Below are positions 49,231 through 61,457 of a DNA stretch of 64,000 nucleotides, one piece after another; position 1 is the stretch's first letter; each line of letters opens with the position of its first letter. Made by a program: the position numbers and the translations under genes. Below the pieces are notes generated by a model. That model was not told the origin of the DNA and ran no database searches. It was given only the letters and a program-made list of their open reading frames with translations. Source of the DNA: Macrostomum hystrix (taxonomy: Eukaryota > Animalia > Platyhelminthes); assembly GCA_950097015.1 (NCBI GenBank), contig CATNEN010000004.1, positions 124,001 through 188,000 of the forward strand, in the 5' to 3' direction.

Positions 49231-49378
49231 AAGAGACAAACAGAAGGAGACAGACAGAAGGAGACAGACAGACAGACAGACAGACAGAAGGAGACAGACA
49301 GACAGAAAGAGACAAACAGAAGGAGACAGACAGAAGGAGACAGACAGGGAGGAGACAGACAGAAGGAGACAGAGACAG
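48690..49378. repeat. Compound (GACA)n/GAAGGA microsatellite
   Basis: GACAGACAGAAGGAGACAGACA modules. Confidence 0.96.
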
Positions 49379-50068
49379 AAATAAAATATACTTTGGAGAT
49401 AATTAGGGAGAGGTTTTAGATCGAGCCGGGGACAATAAGGATGCAGTAACAATAGCCATCTTGTGGCAGCAAAGCCTAGAAGCAGAAACAGTAACAGTCG
49501 AGATTCGTTGCGGAAGCGAAACAAACATTTCTCTCCTATAATAAACAAATCAACAAGTAAAACATCTAAATAGACTTGATCTGTGGGGCTTCAGTTTGAA
49601 ATTACAACAACTGGCAATAATAATTGGCATGGGAATGACACTATTGAAGGGACAACAACAAGGGTTGCACTTTGTTTCCTTTACCTTCCAAACAGACACA
49701 AACACAAACCCGCATTTACACAATTTGCAGTTGTTCATTCACTTGTTCTCTGATACTATTTTGACTAGTTGCTTCGTCTGAGTGACGCAGATGAACTGAA
49801 TCTCGCAGTTTAGACCTAGACCTACTGCGAGGCCGTTGGCGTAAGACCAAACCAGAACTCTCGGCACTTTGTGAATGCAAGTCGGAGGGTAAACGGCGGG
49901 AGCAAACTAAACATTTAAGAATAGTAAGATTCCTCGTCATCTAATGAGTACTAACAAAGCTAGACAAACGCAGATAGCATCGAAGGGCAACATCTAAACA
50001 AACATGAACTGCTGCCACTAGAGGTAACAATTATTTGCGAAGTTTAGCAAAGCAAAATCGAAACCAGT

Positions 50069-53000
50069 TCAGGCTAGCTCCTCCATTAGAAAGTCGAATT
50101 GTGGTTGCAGTTGCGATGAAGTTGATACAAACTGCCGCTGTTGCTGATGCTGAAGCGGTGGCTCATTGCTGCTGCTGTTGCTGTTAGCTGCGGTCGGCTG
50201 CTGCTCGACTGCCTCCTGAATATCTGGCAGGACCAGATCGCCGATGAACCAGCTGGCGGAGGACGGACCGCTCTGCTGACGAAACAGCTGCTGCTGCTGC
50301 TGCTGCTGTTGATGATGAAACAAAGAAGCCGGTGAGTCGGGTACGACGGACGGCCCAACGCTGAGCTGCTGACCGCATGACAACTGATTCAATTGCTGAG
50401 ACAAGTCATGCACCATTGGCTGCTGTAGCTGAGGAGGCAGTGACGGCGGCGGCGGCGGCGCTGGCTGCGGCGGCGCTAGCCGCGACTGTGACTCCTCGCA
50501 GGCCTGCTGCAGCAGAGCATCAGTCAGCGATTCCAGCAGCAGGTCCTCGGTGGTGCGCGAGTCGTCTAATAGCTGCTCCGGCGGCACCAGATCCCGGATG
50601 ATTTCAGTGACGCTGAGGGTGCGCGGCATGCAGCCGCCAGACCGGGCCTGCTGCAGCGGAGTGGCCGGCGCAGACGCCGGCGTCACAGACGATGGCCTCG
50701 GCGGCGACGCTTCGCTGAAGGCGGCCGCAGCTGCGGCAGCTCTGGCGCGCTGCTTGGCCAGCACAGCCTGGCGTTTTTGCGCCAGCTCGCCGCTGCGCAT
50801 GTCGGCCGTGGCCGCACGCCGGCGGTAGCTGGCCCGGTCCCGCACCTCGTAGTTGATGGTCCAGTAGGACGACTTGCCAGATTGGTCGTTTTGAACGCGC
50901 ACAAATTTATTGTGCAGCGACAGATTGTGCCGGACCGAGTTCTGCGGGTGTTCGGGTTGCATACAAAACTTAAAACTTCTCAACTAGGAATGAGGTGGCA
51001 TGGAGAGGCGATGAGAGATCAGCGAGTGGGTCAGCGGCTAGCGTCGCTGCCTCGCACTCCAATGGACGCTAGTTCGATTCTCCCTTCAAGTCACGATTAA
51101 TTTCGGGACTTGTTAGTGGGTTTGGACAGTAGCGACCGGCGGAGGTGCACCATATTTCGTGCAATCAAAGCTTGAAATAATAGCTTCGCTCCTACCTTCT
51201 GTGTGCCTGTTCTGCGTTGTGTGAGTTGTGTGCGTTGGCGCTGGGGCGTGAGGCCTTGGGGGGTGGCTGGGGGGCGTGTGTACACCGCCGCGCGCTTTCT
51301 GGATTTCCGTCAGCGCGATTGGATAAGTGTAAGTGGATAAGTACCCGGCCCCCCCTGAGGACTGATTTCTTATCAGCCTTCCGGCTTGGTCTGCTCTGTG
51401 CGTGTGGGGCTGGGGTGGGGGACACTGCTGCCTATTCTGGGTGCCTCCTGCCCTCCCCGGCTGGTCTGTGCTGCTGTGTGTGGTGCCTGTTCAGGGGAGG
51501 CGGCGCGATGGGCGCTAAGCGCCTAGTTCGCCCCCCTGCAAGTAGATAGATAGAGGCGATGAGATAAGCGAGCGAAACTCCCGGATCCTAAGAACCAATG
51601 GGATAGGCTAAACTTCCGCTCCTTAAAATGTAATCATAGTCCCTTGTTTTGTATTTCGCCATTGCTTCGTCCCGTCTGAAGTGGGCTGTGCCCTCCAGAC
51701 CCTCTGGCCCAACCCCAATCCGGTTCTCTGGCCGGGCTTGCTCTCGGTTAATACGGAGTTCTCTGATTGGTTGAAGCTTCTCTCTCGCCCCACCCAATCA
51801 GTATTAGCCCTGATCACAACCCCCGCCCCAATCCTGTGCGGCTGACGCAAACCGGTTTTGCGTGGCCGGGTCGGCGCGTGATTGGTCAGCCCCGCCTATG
51901 CCTTGGTCTACCGCCACCTCTGAAATCAGCAAAGATCACAGCCTCCTTATTAATAGGGCGAAAACGTCCGAATTGTTACAAAAAAATATATTTCCAGTTC
52001 GCTTGAGCTCGAATCTAGGGATGGATACTACAGATGCTGCTTCAAAAGAAGATTTCGAATCTCTGAAGGCTTGACTAAAATAATTATCACAATCAATTCT
52101 GCGGCCTAGACCAGCTGCTCGGCACTGCAAGCTGGCTGGTTTTGGACAGACAGAAGGACAAGGCGGAGGCAGAGGCTGTAGGGAACAGAATTCGCTACAA
52201 TCGAACAAAATTGCTACAGAACGCGCAGCCGCTCCAGGGCGGCATAGATGCTGATGTGTATATTCCCAGGCTAAAATCTAAACTGCAAAAGCTGGGAAAA
52301 ATCTAGCGAAATAGGCTGCATCTAGCGCAGAGTGAACAGCTGATGCGGAGAATCGGTGACTTCAATTTGTAGACCGAAATTGTAACGGGTCATTTTGCAC
52401 TAGACCCTCAGCAGATGAGTGAGCAGATGATCTCATGACTGAGGACAAAGGGGTTAGCAGATGATCTCATGACTGGGGAGCAAACGGGTCAGCAGATGAT
52501 CTCATGACTGGGACAAAGGGGTCAGCAGATGATCTCATGACTGAGTCAAAGGGGTGAGCAGATGATCTCATGACTGAGTCAAAGGGGTCAGCAGATGATC
52601 TCATGACTGAGTCAAAGGGGTCAGCAGATGATCTCATGACTGGGACAAAGGGGTCAGCAGATGATCTCATGACTGGGACAAAGGGATCAACAGATGATCT
52701 CATGACTGGGACAAAGGGGTCAGCAGATGATCTCATGACTGGGACAAAGGGGTCAGCAGATGATCTCATGACTGGGTCAAAGGGGTCAGTAGATGATCTC
52801 ATGGCTGGGGACAAAGGGGTCAGGAGACGATCTTATGACTGGGACAAAGGGGTCAGCAGATGATCTCATGACTGGGGGGCAATGGGGTCAGCAGATGATC
52901 TCATGACTGGGTCAAAGGGGTCAGCAGACATTCTCATGACTGGGTCAAAGGGGTCAGCAGATAATCTCATGACTGGGGACAAAGGGGTCAGCAGATGATC

Positions 53001-56000
53001 TCATGACTGGGTCAAAGGGGTCAGCAGATAATCTCATGACTGGGGACAAAGGGGTCAGCAGATGATCTCATGACTGGGACAAAGGGGTCAGCAGATGATC
53101 TCATGACTGAGTCAAAGGGGTGAGCAGATGATCTCATGACTGAGTCAAAGGGGTCAGCAGATGATCTCATGACTGAGTCAAAGGGGTCAGCAGATGATCT
53201 CATGACTGGGACAAAGGGGTCAGCAGATGATCTCATGACTGGGACAAAGGGATCAACAGATGATCTCATGACTGGGACAAAGGGGTCAGCAGATGATCTC
53301 ATGACTGGGACAAAGGGGTCAGCAGATGATCTCATGACTGGGTCAAAGGGGTCAGTAGATGATCTCATGGCTGGGGACAAAGGGGTCAGGAGACGATCTT
53401 ATGACTGGGACAAAGGGGTCAGCAGATGATCTCATGACTGGGGGGCAATGGGGTCAGCAGATGATCTCATGACTGGGTCAAAGGGGTCAGCAGACATTCT
53501 CATGACTGGGTCAAAGGGGTCAGCAGACATTCTCATGACTGGGTCAAAGGGGTCAGCAGATAATCTCATGACTGGGGACAAAGGGGTCAGCAGATGATCT
53601 CATGACTGGGTCAAAGGGGTCAGCAGATAATCTCATGACTGGGGACAAAGGGGTCAGCAGATGATCTCATGACTGGGTCAAAGGGGTCAGCAGATAATCT
53701 CATGACTGGGGACAAAGGGGTCAGCAGATAATCTCATGACTGGGTCAAAGGGGTCAGCTGTTAGGGTCAGTGAAAGAACTAAAATGAAGAACAAATATTG
53801 CCTGAAGCTGCATACGCTTTAGCAATGTAAAATTTCTTTTCTGAATACTCAATTTAAATTTCCAAGAATCAGAACTCGTGAAACTGGAAAATTTCTAATC
53901 TAGGAATCTAAATTTCTATGAACCGAATAGGAAATTTCAAAGAATCTATACTTTCTAGGAAACGATAGGTTTTAGCCTAGTGGTTAGGGCGTCGGACTCA
54001 CGACTTGAAGGTCGGGGGTTCGATTCCCGTCTCCACTGGAACAATTTGTGTGCTTTAGCAAGACACTTATAACTCTGCATTGCTTCAGTTCACCCAGCTG
54101 TTAAATGGGTACCAGCATTAGCTGGGATAATTGAAGGTGGGTGTGGCGTCCCCCCAGTCCATGGACTGAACAGCTGTACGCAGCCTTCAGATGTGCCGCG
54201 CAATAGCTACGGCTGTGCTGTCGGCTGCACATCTGACCGAATTCAGGCAGGTGTAATCAATAATTAATTATTCTTATTATTAGGAAACGAAAAAATGAAG
54301 CGAGTTTCTATGAATCCACATTTCCAGGAAGTTAGCTAGAAGCTTCTAAGAATCTAAATATGTCGAAGCTTCAACCAAGTTTACTAGACATTTCAAGCGA
54401 ATTTGCATTTTAAAGGAATCTACATTTCCAAAAAGCGAATTATAATTTCATACTAGAAACGAAAAATAGCTTTCTAATAAGTGAATAAAAATTGAAAATC
54501 TATTTTTTGGAAGTGAATCTAGAATCTTTTTTTCAAAGGATTCTAGAGCAGCAGTCTTGGAAACTCAGAAAAAAACATCACAAACTAAATAAAAAGCCGT
54601 TAGGTCGTAGATTCTGGGATTGGATTCTTATTGTTAGGGATTAGGATTCTTACAGTTTGCGATTGGGATTGGGATTCTTACAGTTTGGGATTGGGATTCT
54701 TACAGCTTGGGATTGGGATTGGGATTCTTATTGTTAGGGATTAGGATTCTTACAGTTAGGGATTAGGATTCCTACAGTTTGGGATTGGGATTCTTACAGC
54801 TTGGGATTGGGATTGGGATTCTTACAGTTAGGGATTAGGATTCTTACAGTTTGCGATTGGGATTGGGATTCTTACAGTTTGGGATTGGGATTCTTACAGT
54901 TTGCGATTGGGATTGGGATTCTTACAGTTTGGGATTGGGATTCTTACAGCTTGGGATTGGGATTGGGATTCTTACAGTTAGGGATTAGGATTCTTACAGT
55001 TTGCGATTGGGATTCTTACAGCTTGGGATTGGGATTCTTACAGCTTGGGATTAGGATTATTACAGCTTGGGATTGGGATTATTACAGTTAGGGATTGGGA
55101 TTCTTACAGTTTGGGATTGGGATTCTTACAGTTTGGGATTGGGATTATTACAGTTAGGGAATGGGATTATTACATTTAGGGATTGAGATTCTTACAGTTT
55201 GGGATTGGGATTCTTACAGTTAGGGAATGGGATTATTACAGTTAGGGATTGAGATTCTTACAGTTTGGGATTAGGATTCTTACAGTTTGGGAATGGGATT
55301 ATTACAGCTTAGGATTGGGATTATTACAGTTTGGGATTGGGATTATTAAAGTTTGGGATTGGGATTCTTAGAGCTTGGTGTGACTTTTACAGTATTGGGA
55401 CTTTTACAGTTTGGGATTGGGATTTTTGCAGTTTGAGATTTGGATTTTTACAGTTGGGATTTGGATTCTTACAGCTTGGTATTGGGATTCCTACAGTTTG
55501 GTATTGGGATTCCTACAGTTTGGGATTGAGATTCTTACAGTTTGGGATTGAGATTCCTACAGTTTGGGATTGAGATTCTTACAGTTTGGGATTGAGATTC
55601 CTACAGTTTGGGATTGAGATTCTTACAGTTTGGGATTGAGATTCTTACAGTTTGGGATTGAGATTCCTTAAGCTTAGGGCTTGAATTAATACACTTTGGG
55701 ATTGGCATTCTAACAGTTAGGGATTAGGATTCCCACAGTAAAGGATTGGGATTCAGAGAATTTTGTGATTGGGATTCCTTCAGCTTGATATTTGGATTGT
55801 TACAAACTGGGTCATTTATTCTTTATGTGTAGGGCTTGGATTCTAGCAATGTAATTGGGATTATTATTGTCGCAACCCATCTACTGATGTTAAGATGGAC
55901 ACTGGGATTACTGGGATTAGCATTTGGTATCCCAGCATTATCGATTCCCAACTAACCTTCCAACCGGCCGAGCTGGTCGGGTCGCTTTTTATGTTGAAGT

Positions 56001-56499
56001 AGGGCACGTGCCGCACCATCCAATCGTAGATCTCGGCCAAGGTCAGCCGGCCGTGCGGGCTGGCCTGAATAGCCTGGGTGATGAGCTCCGCGTAGCTCTG
56101 GTTGCCCCAGGCATTGCGGCGCTTCTGCGCTGCGACCGCAGCAGCCGAGGCGCTGGCTTGATGATGACTGAAGCGGGGAGAGTTCAACGGCCCGACAGCG
56201 GCCCGCCCCAACTGATTATGATTGGCACCGGCTGCCAGCGAGTCTTCGAAGCCCGAAGCTGCGTCGGTGTTGGTAGACGACGAGGAAGGACTCGCGGCTG
56301 TTGTTGCCGCCGCCGCCGCCGCCGCTGCAGCCTGACCCCGCTTAAACGACGGATCCCAAGTGGAGGCGCGGCTGCGAAAGCTGGCCTCATCCGCAGCGTC
56401 CTCAGGCGGCTGATGAGGATAGAAGGCGGCGCCGCTGGCATCCGCCGTCAGGAACGAGCTGGACAGAAACTCGTCCATGTCCACCTCGTCTAATTCCAT
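50069..56499 (-). CDS. FOXO: Forkhead box O transcription factor, 2 exons, 471 aa
   Basis: Exon 1 56499-55957, exon 2 50941-50069; phase-0 intron at AGWK|[10 protein letters not shown]. Forkhead domain [54 protein letters not shown]; Akt-type motifs RSRASTW and RRRAAT. Confidence 0.95.
51590..51960. promoter_or_regulatory. Promoter-like CCAAT/GC-box cluster inside the FoxO intron
   Basis: CCAAT or ATTGG near 51595, 51716, 51766, 51794, 51828, 51881; GC boxes CCCGCCCC (51822) and CCCCGCC (51890); AACCGGTT at 51850. Confidence 0.4.
52425..53760. repeat. Minisatellite, 33-bp unit, about 40 copies, with a 566-bp higher-order duplication; FoxO intron
   Basis: Unit GATGATCTCATGACTGGGACAAAGGGGTCAGCA; identical variant strings offset by 566 bp (52570 vs 53136). 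Confidence 0.96.
53968..54280 (+). mobile_element. tRNA-derived SINE family A, near full-length, FoxO intron
   Basis: TAGCCTAGTGGTTAGGGCG (A box), GGTTCGATTCC (B box), core TAGCAAGACACTTATAACTCTGC..CACCCAGCTGTTAAATGGGTACC, tail GGCAGGTGTAATCAATAATT followed by an AT-rich end. Confidence 0.9.
54610..55920. repeat. GGGATT-rich array with ~22-28 bp units, FoxO intron next to the donor
   Basis: Unit approximately GGGATTCTTACAGTTTGGGATT, decaying toward 55920. Confidence 0.92.
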
Positions 56500-57147
56500 T
56501 TTGATTGAACTTGGCTGGATGGCGCAAGCCCGCGCGCAGAAGCGCTGAAAGTCAGGAGTTCGAATATTGCCTGGATGAGTTAATGGCTGTTGCTACAAAA
56601 TTCAAGCCAATAAATAAAGGGATGCGTATCAAAGGAAAGTCAATACGGCTTAATTTGTCATTAAAATTATGTCTAATATTTATGCATCCCGCTCTAGGCC
56701 TGCCTCAACTTGTTTTCACCTGTGCTCAACTAAAAAGCACGTGGACTTCTCCCCCTGTGCTCACGTGAGAGGCTGGACGACTATTTTTAGACTATTTCCG
56801 ACACTGCCGCCCACCGCCTCGCGCCAACTTCTCTACCCGCGCGCAACACTAGGGGGGTCATATCGAAGTCATCAAGTGCGCAGACGGGCAAGTCCCGATT
56901 TGAAATGTGAAATGCCAGACAAAAACTACTCATTTGTTGGACTTTTTACTGAAAAAAACACTCACTTTGTAACAGTGTTTTATTTTTAGAACAGGAAGCC
57001 AAAAAATGTGAAATTATGTACTTTTTTCATTAGCAATTAGCATGGAACTAGCATGTTTTGCCCCCCTTCGGGGAGCAGAAATATTTTTAATTCGTCTTGT
57101 ATATACTGTTTAGCAGCTGAATTTACAGCTTTTTAAAGCTAAAATAA

Positions 57148-58623
57148 ACCCCCAGTTGACAATGATCCCCCAGTTGACAATGATCCCCCAGTTGATGATG
57201 ATCCCCCAGTTGACAATGATCCCCCAGTTGACAATGAACCCCCAGTTGACAATGATCCCCAGTTGACAATGATCCCCCAGTTGATGATGATCCCCCAGTT
57301 GACAATGATCCCCCAGTTGACAATGAACCCCCAGTTGACAATGATCCCCAGTTGACAATGATCCCCCAGTTCACAATGATCCCCTTGTTGACAATGATCC
57401 CCCAGTTGACAATGATCCCACAGTTGACAATGATCCCCCAGTTGATGATGATCCCCCAGTTGACAATGATCCCCCAGTTGACAATGATCCCCCAGTTGAC
57501 AATGATCCCCCAGTTGACAATGATCTCACAGTTGACAATGATCCCCCAGTTTACAATGATCCCCCAGTTGACAATGATCCCCCAGTTGACAATGATCACC
57601 CAGTTGACAATGATCTCACAGTTGACAATGATCCCCCAGTTGACAATGATCCCCCAGTTGACAATGATCCCCCAGTTGACAATGATCCCCAGTTGACAAT
57701 GATCCCCCAGTTCACAATGATCCCCTTGTTGACAATGATCCCCCAGTTGACAATGATCCCACAGTTGACAATGATCCCCCAGTTGACAATGATCTCCCAG
57801 TTGACAATGATCCCCCAGTTGACAATGAACACCCATTTGACAATCATTCCCCAGTTGACAATGATCCCCCAGTTGATAATGATACCCCAGTTGACAATGA
57901 TCCCTCAGATGACAATGATCCCCCAGTTGACAATGATCACCCAGTTGATGATGATCCCCCAGTTGATAATGATACCCCAGTTGACAATGATCCCCCAGTT
58001 GACAATGATCCCCCAGTTGACAATGATCTCCCAGTTGACAATGATCCCCCAGTTGACAATGAACACCCATTTGACAATCATTCCCAAGTTGACAATGATC
58101 CCCCAGTTGATAATGATACCCCAGTTGACAATGATCCCTCAGTTGACAATGATCCCCCAGTTGACAATGATCACCCAGTTGACAATGATCCCCCAGTTGA
58201 CAATGATCCCCCAGTTGACAATGTTCCCCCAGTTGACAATGATCCCCAGTTGACAATGATCCCCCAGTTCACAATGATCCCCTTGTTGACAATGATCCCC
58301 CAGTTGACAATGATCCCACAGTTGACAATGATCCCCCAGTTTACAATGATCCCCCAGTTGATGATGATCCCCCAGTTGACAATGATCCCCCAGTTGACAA
58401 TGATCCCCCAGTTGACAATGATCCCCCAGTTGACAATGATCTCACAGTTGACAATGATCCCCCAGTTGACAATGATCCCCAGTTGACAATGATCCCCCAG
58501 TTGACAATGATCACCCAGTTGACAATGATCCCCCAGTTGACAATGATCCCCCAGTTGACAATGATCCCCCATTTGATGAGGACTCCTTATTGATGATGAT
58601 GCCCAGTTGACAATGTTGCCCAG
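57148..58623. repeat. Minisatellite, 18-bp unit, about 80 copies, inside Helitron A
   Basis: Unit CCCCCAGTTGACAATGAT. Confidence 0.97.
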
Positions 58624-58772
58624 TTAATTTTTATATTAGCTTCTTTTGTAGAAAATTGAGAAGAACAACAATGAAATGATTATTAGGCAAAATATTTATC
58701 ATACAAATTATATCATTATGACGTTATGAGATAACAAACTTAAAATTCAATTCAATGACAAAAGAAAAATTT

Positions 58773-60770
58773 TGCCATGATTCAAACGCTGGTTTAGCCA
58801 TGATTCAGACTCTGGTTTAGCCATGATTCATACTATGGTTTAGCCATGATTCAGACGCTGGTTTAGCCATGATTCAGACTCTGGTTTAGCCATGATTCAG
58901 ACTCTGGTTTAGCCATGATGCAAACTCTGGTTTAGCCATGATTCAAACTCTGGTTTAGCCATGATTCGGACTCTGGTTTAGCCATGATTCAGTCTCTGGT
59001 TTAGCCATGATTCAGACTCTGGTTTAGCCATGATTCAGACTCTGGTTTAGCCATGATTCATACTATGGTTTAGCCATGATTCAGACGCTGGTTTAGCCAT
59101 GATTCAGACTCTGGTTTAGCCATGATTCAGACTCTGGTTTAGCCATGATGCAAACTCTGGTTTAGCCATGATTCAAACTCTGGTTTAGCCATGATTCGGA
59201 CTCTGGTTTAGCCATGATTCAGTCTCTGGTTTAGCCATGATTCAGACGCTGGTTTAGCTATGATTTAAACTCTGTTTTAGCCATGATTCAGACTCTGGTT
59301 TTGCCATGATTCAGACTCTGGTTTAGCCATGATTCAGACTATGGTTTAGCCATGATTCAGACTCTGGTTTAGCCATGATTCAGACCCTGGTTTAGCCATG
59401 ATTCAAACTCTGGTTTAGCCATGATTCAGACTCTGGTTTAGCCATGATTTAAACTCTGTTTTAGCCATGATTCAGACCCTGGTTTAGCCATGATTCAAAC
59501 TCTGGTTTAGCCATGATTCAGACTCTGGTTTTGCCATGATTCAAACTCTGGTTTAGCCATGATTCAGACTCTGGTTTAGCCATGATTCAGATTCAGACTC
59601 TGGTTTAGCCATGATTCAAACTCTGGGTTAGCCATGATTCAAAATCTGGTTTAGCCATGATTCAGACCCTGGTTTAGCCATGATTCAAACTCTGGTTTAG
59701 CCATGATTCAGACTCTGGTTTAGCCATGATTTAAACTCTGTTTTAGCCATGATTCAGACCCTGGTTTAGCCATGATTCAAACTCTGGTTTAGCCATGATT
59801 CAGACTCTGGTTTTGCCATGATTCAAACTCTGGTTTAGCCATGATTCAGACTCTGGTTTAGCCATGATTCAGATTCAGACTCTGGTTTAGCCATGATTCA
59901 AACTCTGGGTTAGCCATGATTCAAAATCTGGTTTAGCCATGATTCAAACTCTGGTTTAGCCATGATTCAGACTCTGGTTTAGCCATGATTCAAACTCTGG
60001 TTTAGCCATGATTCAGACGCTGGTTTAGCCATGATTCAGACTCTGGTTTAGCCATGATTCAAAGTCTGGGTTAGCCATGATTCAAACTCTGGTTTAGCCA
60101 TGATTCAAACTCTGGTTTAGCCATGATTCAGACTCTGGTTTAGCCATGATTCAGACTCTGGTTTAGCCATGATTCAGACTCTGGTTTAGCCATGATTCAG
60201 ACTCTGGTTTAGCCATGATTCAGACTCTGGTTTAGCCATGATTCAAACTCTGGTTTAGCCATGATTCAGACGCTGGTTTAGCCATGATTCAGACTCTGGT
60301 TTAGCCATGATTCAAAGTCTGGGTTAGCCATGATTCAAACTCTGGTTTAGCCATGATTCAAACTCTGGGTTAGCCATGATTCAAACTCTGGTTTAGCCAT
60401 GATTCAGACTCTGGTTTAGCCATGATTCAGACTCTGGTTTAGCCATGATTCAAACTCTGGTTTAGCCATGATTCAGACCCTGGTTTAGCCATGATTCAAA
60501 CTCTGGTTTAGCCATGATTCAGACTCTGGTTTAGCCATGATTCAGACTCTGGTTTAGCCATGATTCAGACTCCAGTTTAGCCATGATTCAGACTCTGGTT
60601 TAGCCATGATTCAAGCTCTGGTTTAGCCATGATTCAGACGCTGGTTTAGCCATGATTCAAGCTCTATTTTTGCCATGATTCAAACTCTGGTTTAGCCATG
60701 ATTCAGACGCTGGTTTAGCCATGATTCAAGCTCTATTTTTGCCATGATTCAAACTCAGGTTTGCTATGAT
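58773..60770. repeat. Minisatellite, 23-bp unit, about 87 copies, inside Helitron A
   Basis: Unit GCCATGATTCAGACTCTGGTTTA. Confidence 0.97.
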
Positions 60771-61457
60771 TTATGATATTTTATTTACGAAATGAAAAAA
60801 AAAATCAAAATAATCTTCAATCACTACTGGCTGAAAATTAGTCTAAATGATTTGACGCAGTGCAGAATCGAACCCTAGCCTAGCCTATAACCTATTCCTA
60901 GTGCCTACACATCGGCTATTCCGACTGTTGGTTGGTGGGTGCAAAAATCAGCCTTATAAAATGAATTCTCAAAGTTCTGGCTTTGTACAATGAAGTGAGA
61001 AAATAGAGTACACTCAGTCTCGCGGTTGGTTGTGTACATTTATTTCAAATTTGTCTCCAGAGTGCAGGCTTCTAACTCAGTCAGCGAGGGGGTGTTGCGC
61101 AATTTGACGATGCAATTCCAATTCAGCGGCAGTGAGTAAAATTCTCAATAGGCCAAGATGGTTTGACCTTTAAAAAATCATGTTTTTCGAATATTTAATC
61201 CCTTTAGCAATAAAGTTAGGCTTAATAAAAATACGTGTAAAATTGTCCCCATATTTGGCATCTTTTGGTGAAGAAATGGTGAAAATCGGTTGAGCCGTTC
61301 GGAAGAAAATCAATTACAACCAACCAACCAAGCAACCAACCATTTCATTTTTAGTATAGTGGACTAGCAAGTTTTGCCCCCCTTCGGGGAGCAGAAATAC
61401 TTTTAATTCGTCTAGTATATACTTTTTAGCAGCTGAATTTACAGACTTTTATAGCAA

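Larger units (their letters stand above)
57048..61363 (-). mobile_element. Non-autonomous Helitron-like element, copy A (4316 bp), with two internal satellites
   Basis: Minus 5' end TCCACTATACTAAAAATG, then (TTGG)n and GAACGGCTCAACCGATTTT. 3' end has hairpin GCTCCCC-GAA-GGGGGGC, 8 nt, then CTAG followed by T. No terminal inverted repeat or target duplication seen, no RepHel ORF. Confidence 0.8.

Noticed and set aside
48606-49548. SVCL and RQTD repeat ORFs of 230-290 aa
   Set aside because: Translations of the (GACA)n microsatellite.
60855-60930. B-box-like GGGTTCGATTC on the minus strand inside Helitron A; similar fragment near 22985
   Set aside because: No convincing A box or cloverleaf; too short to call.
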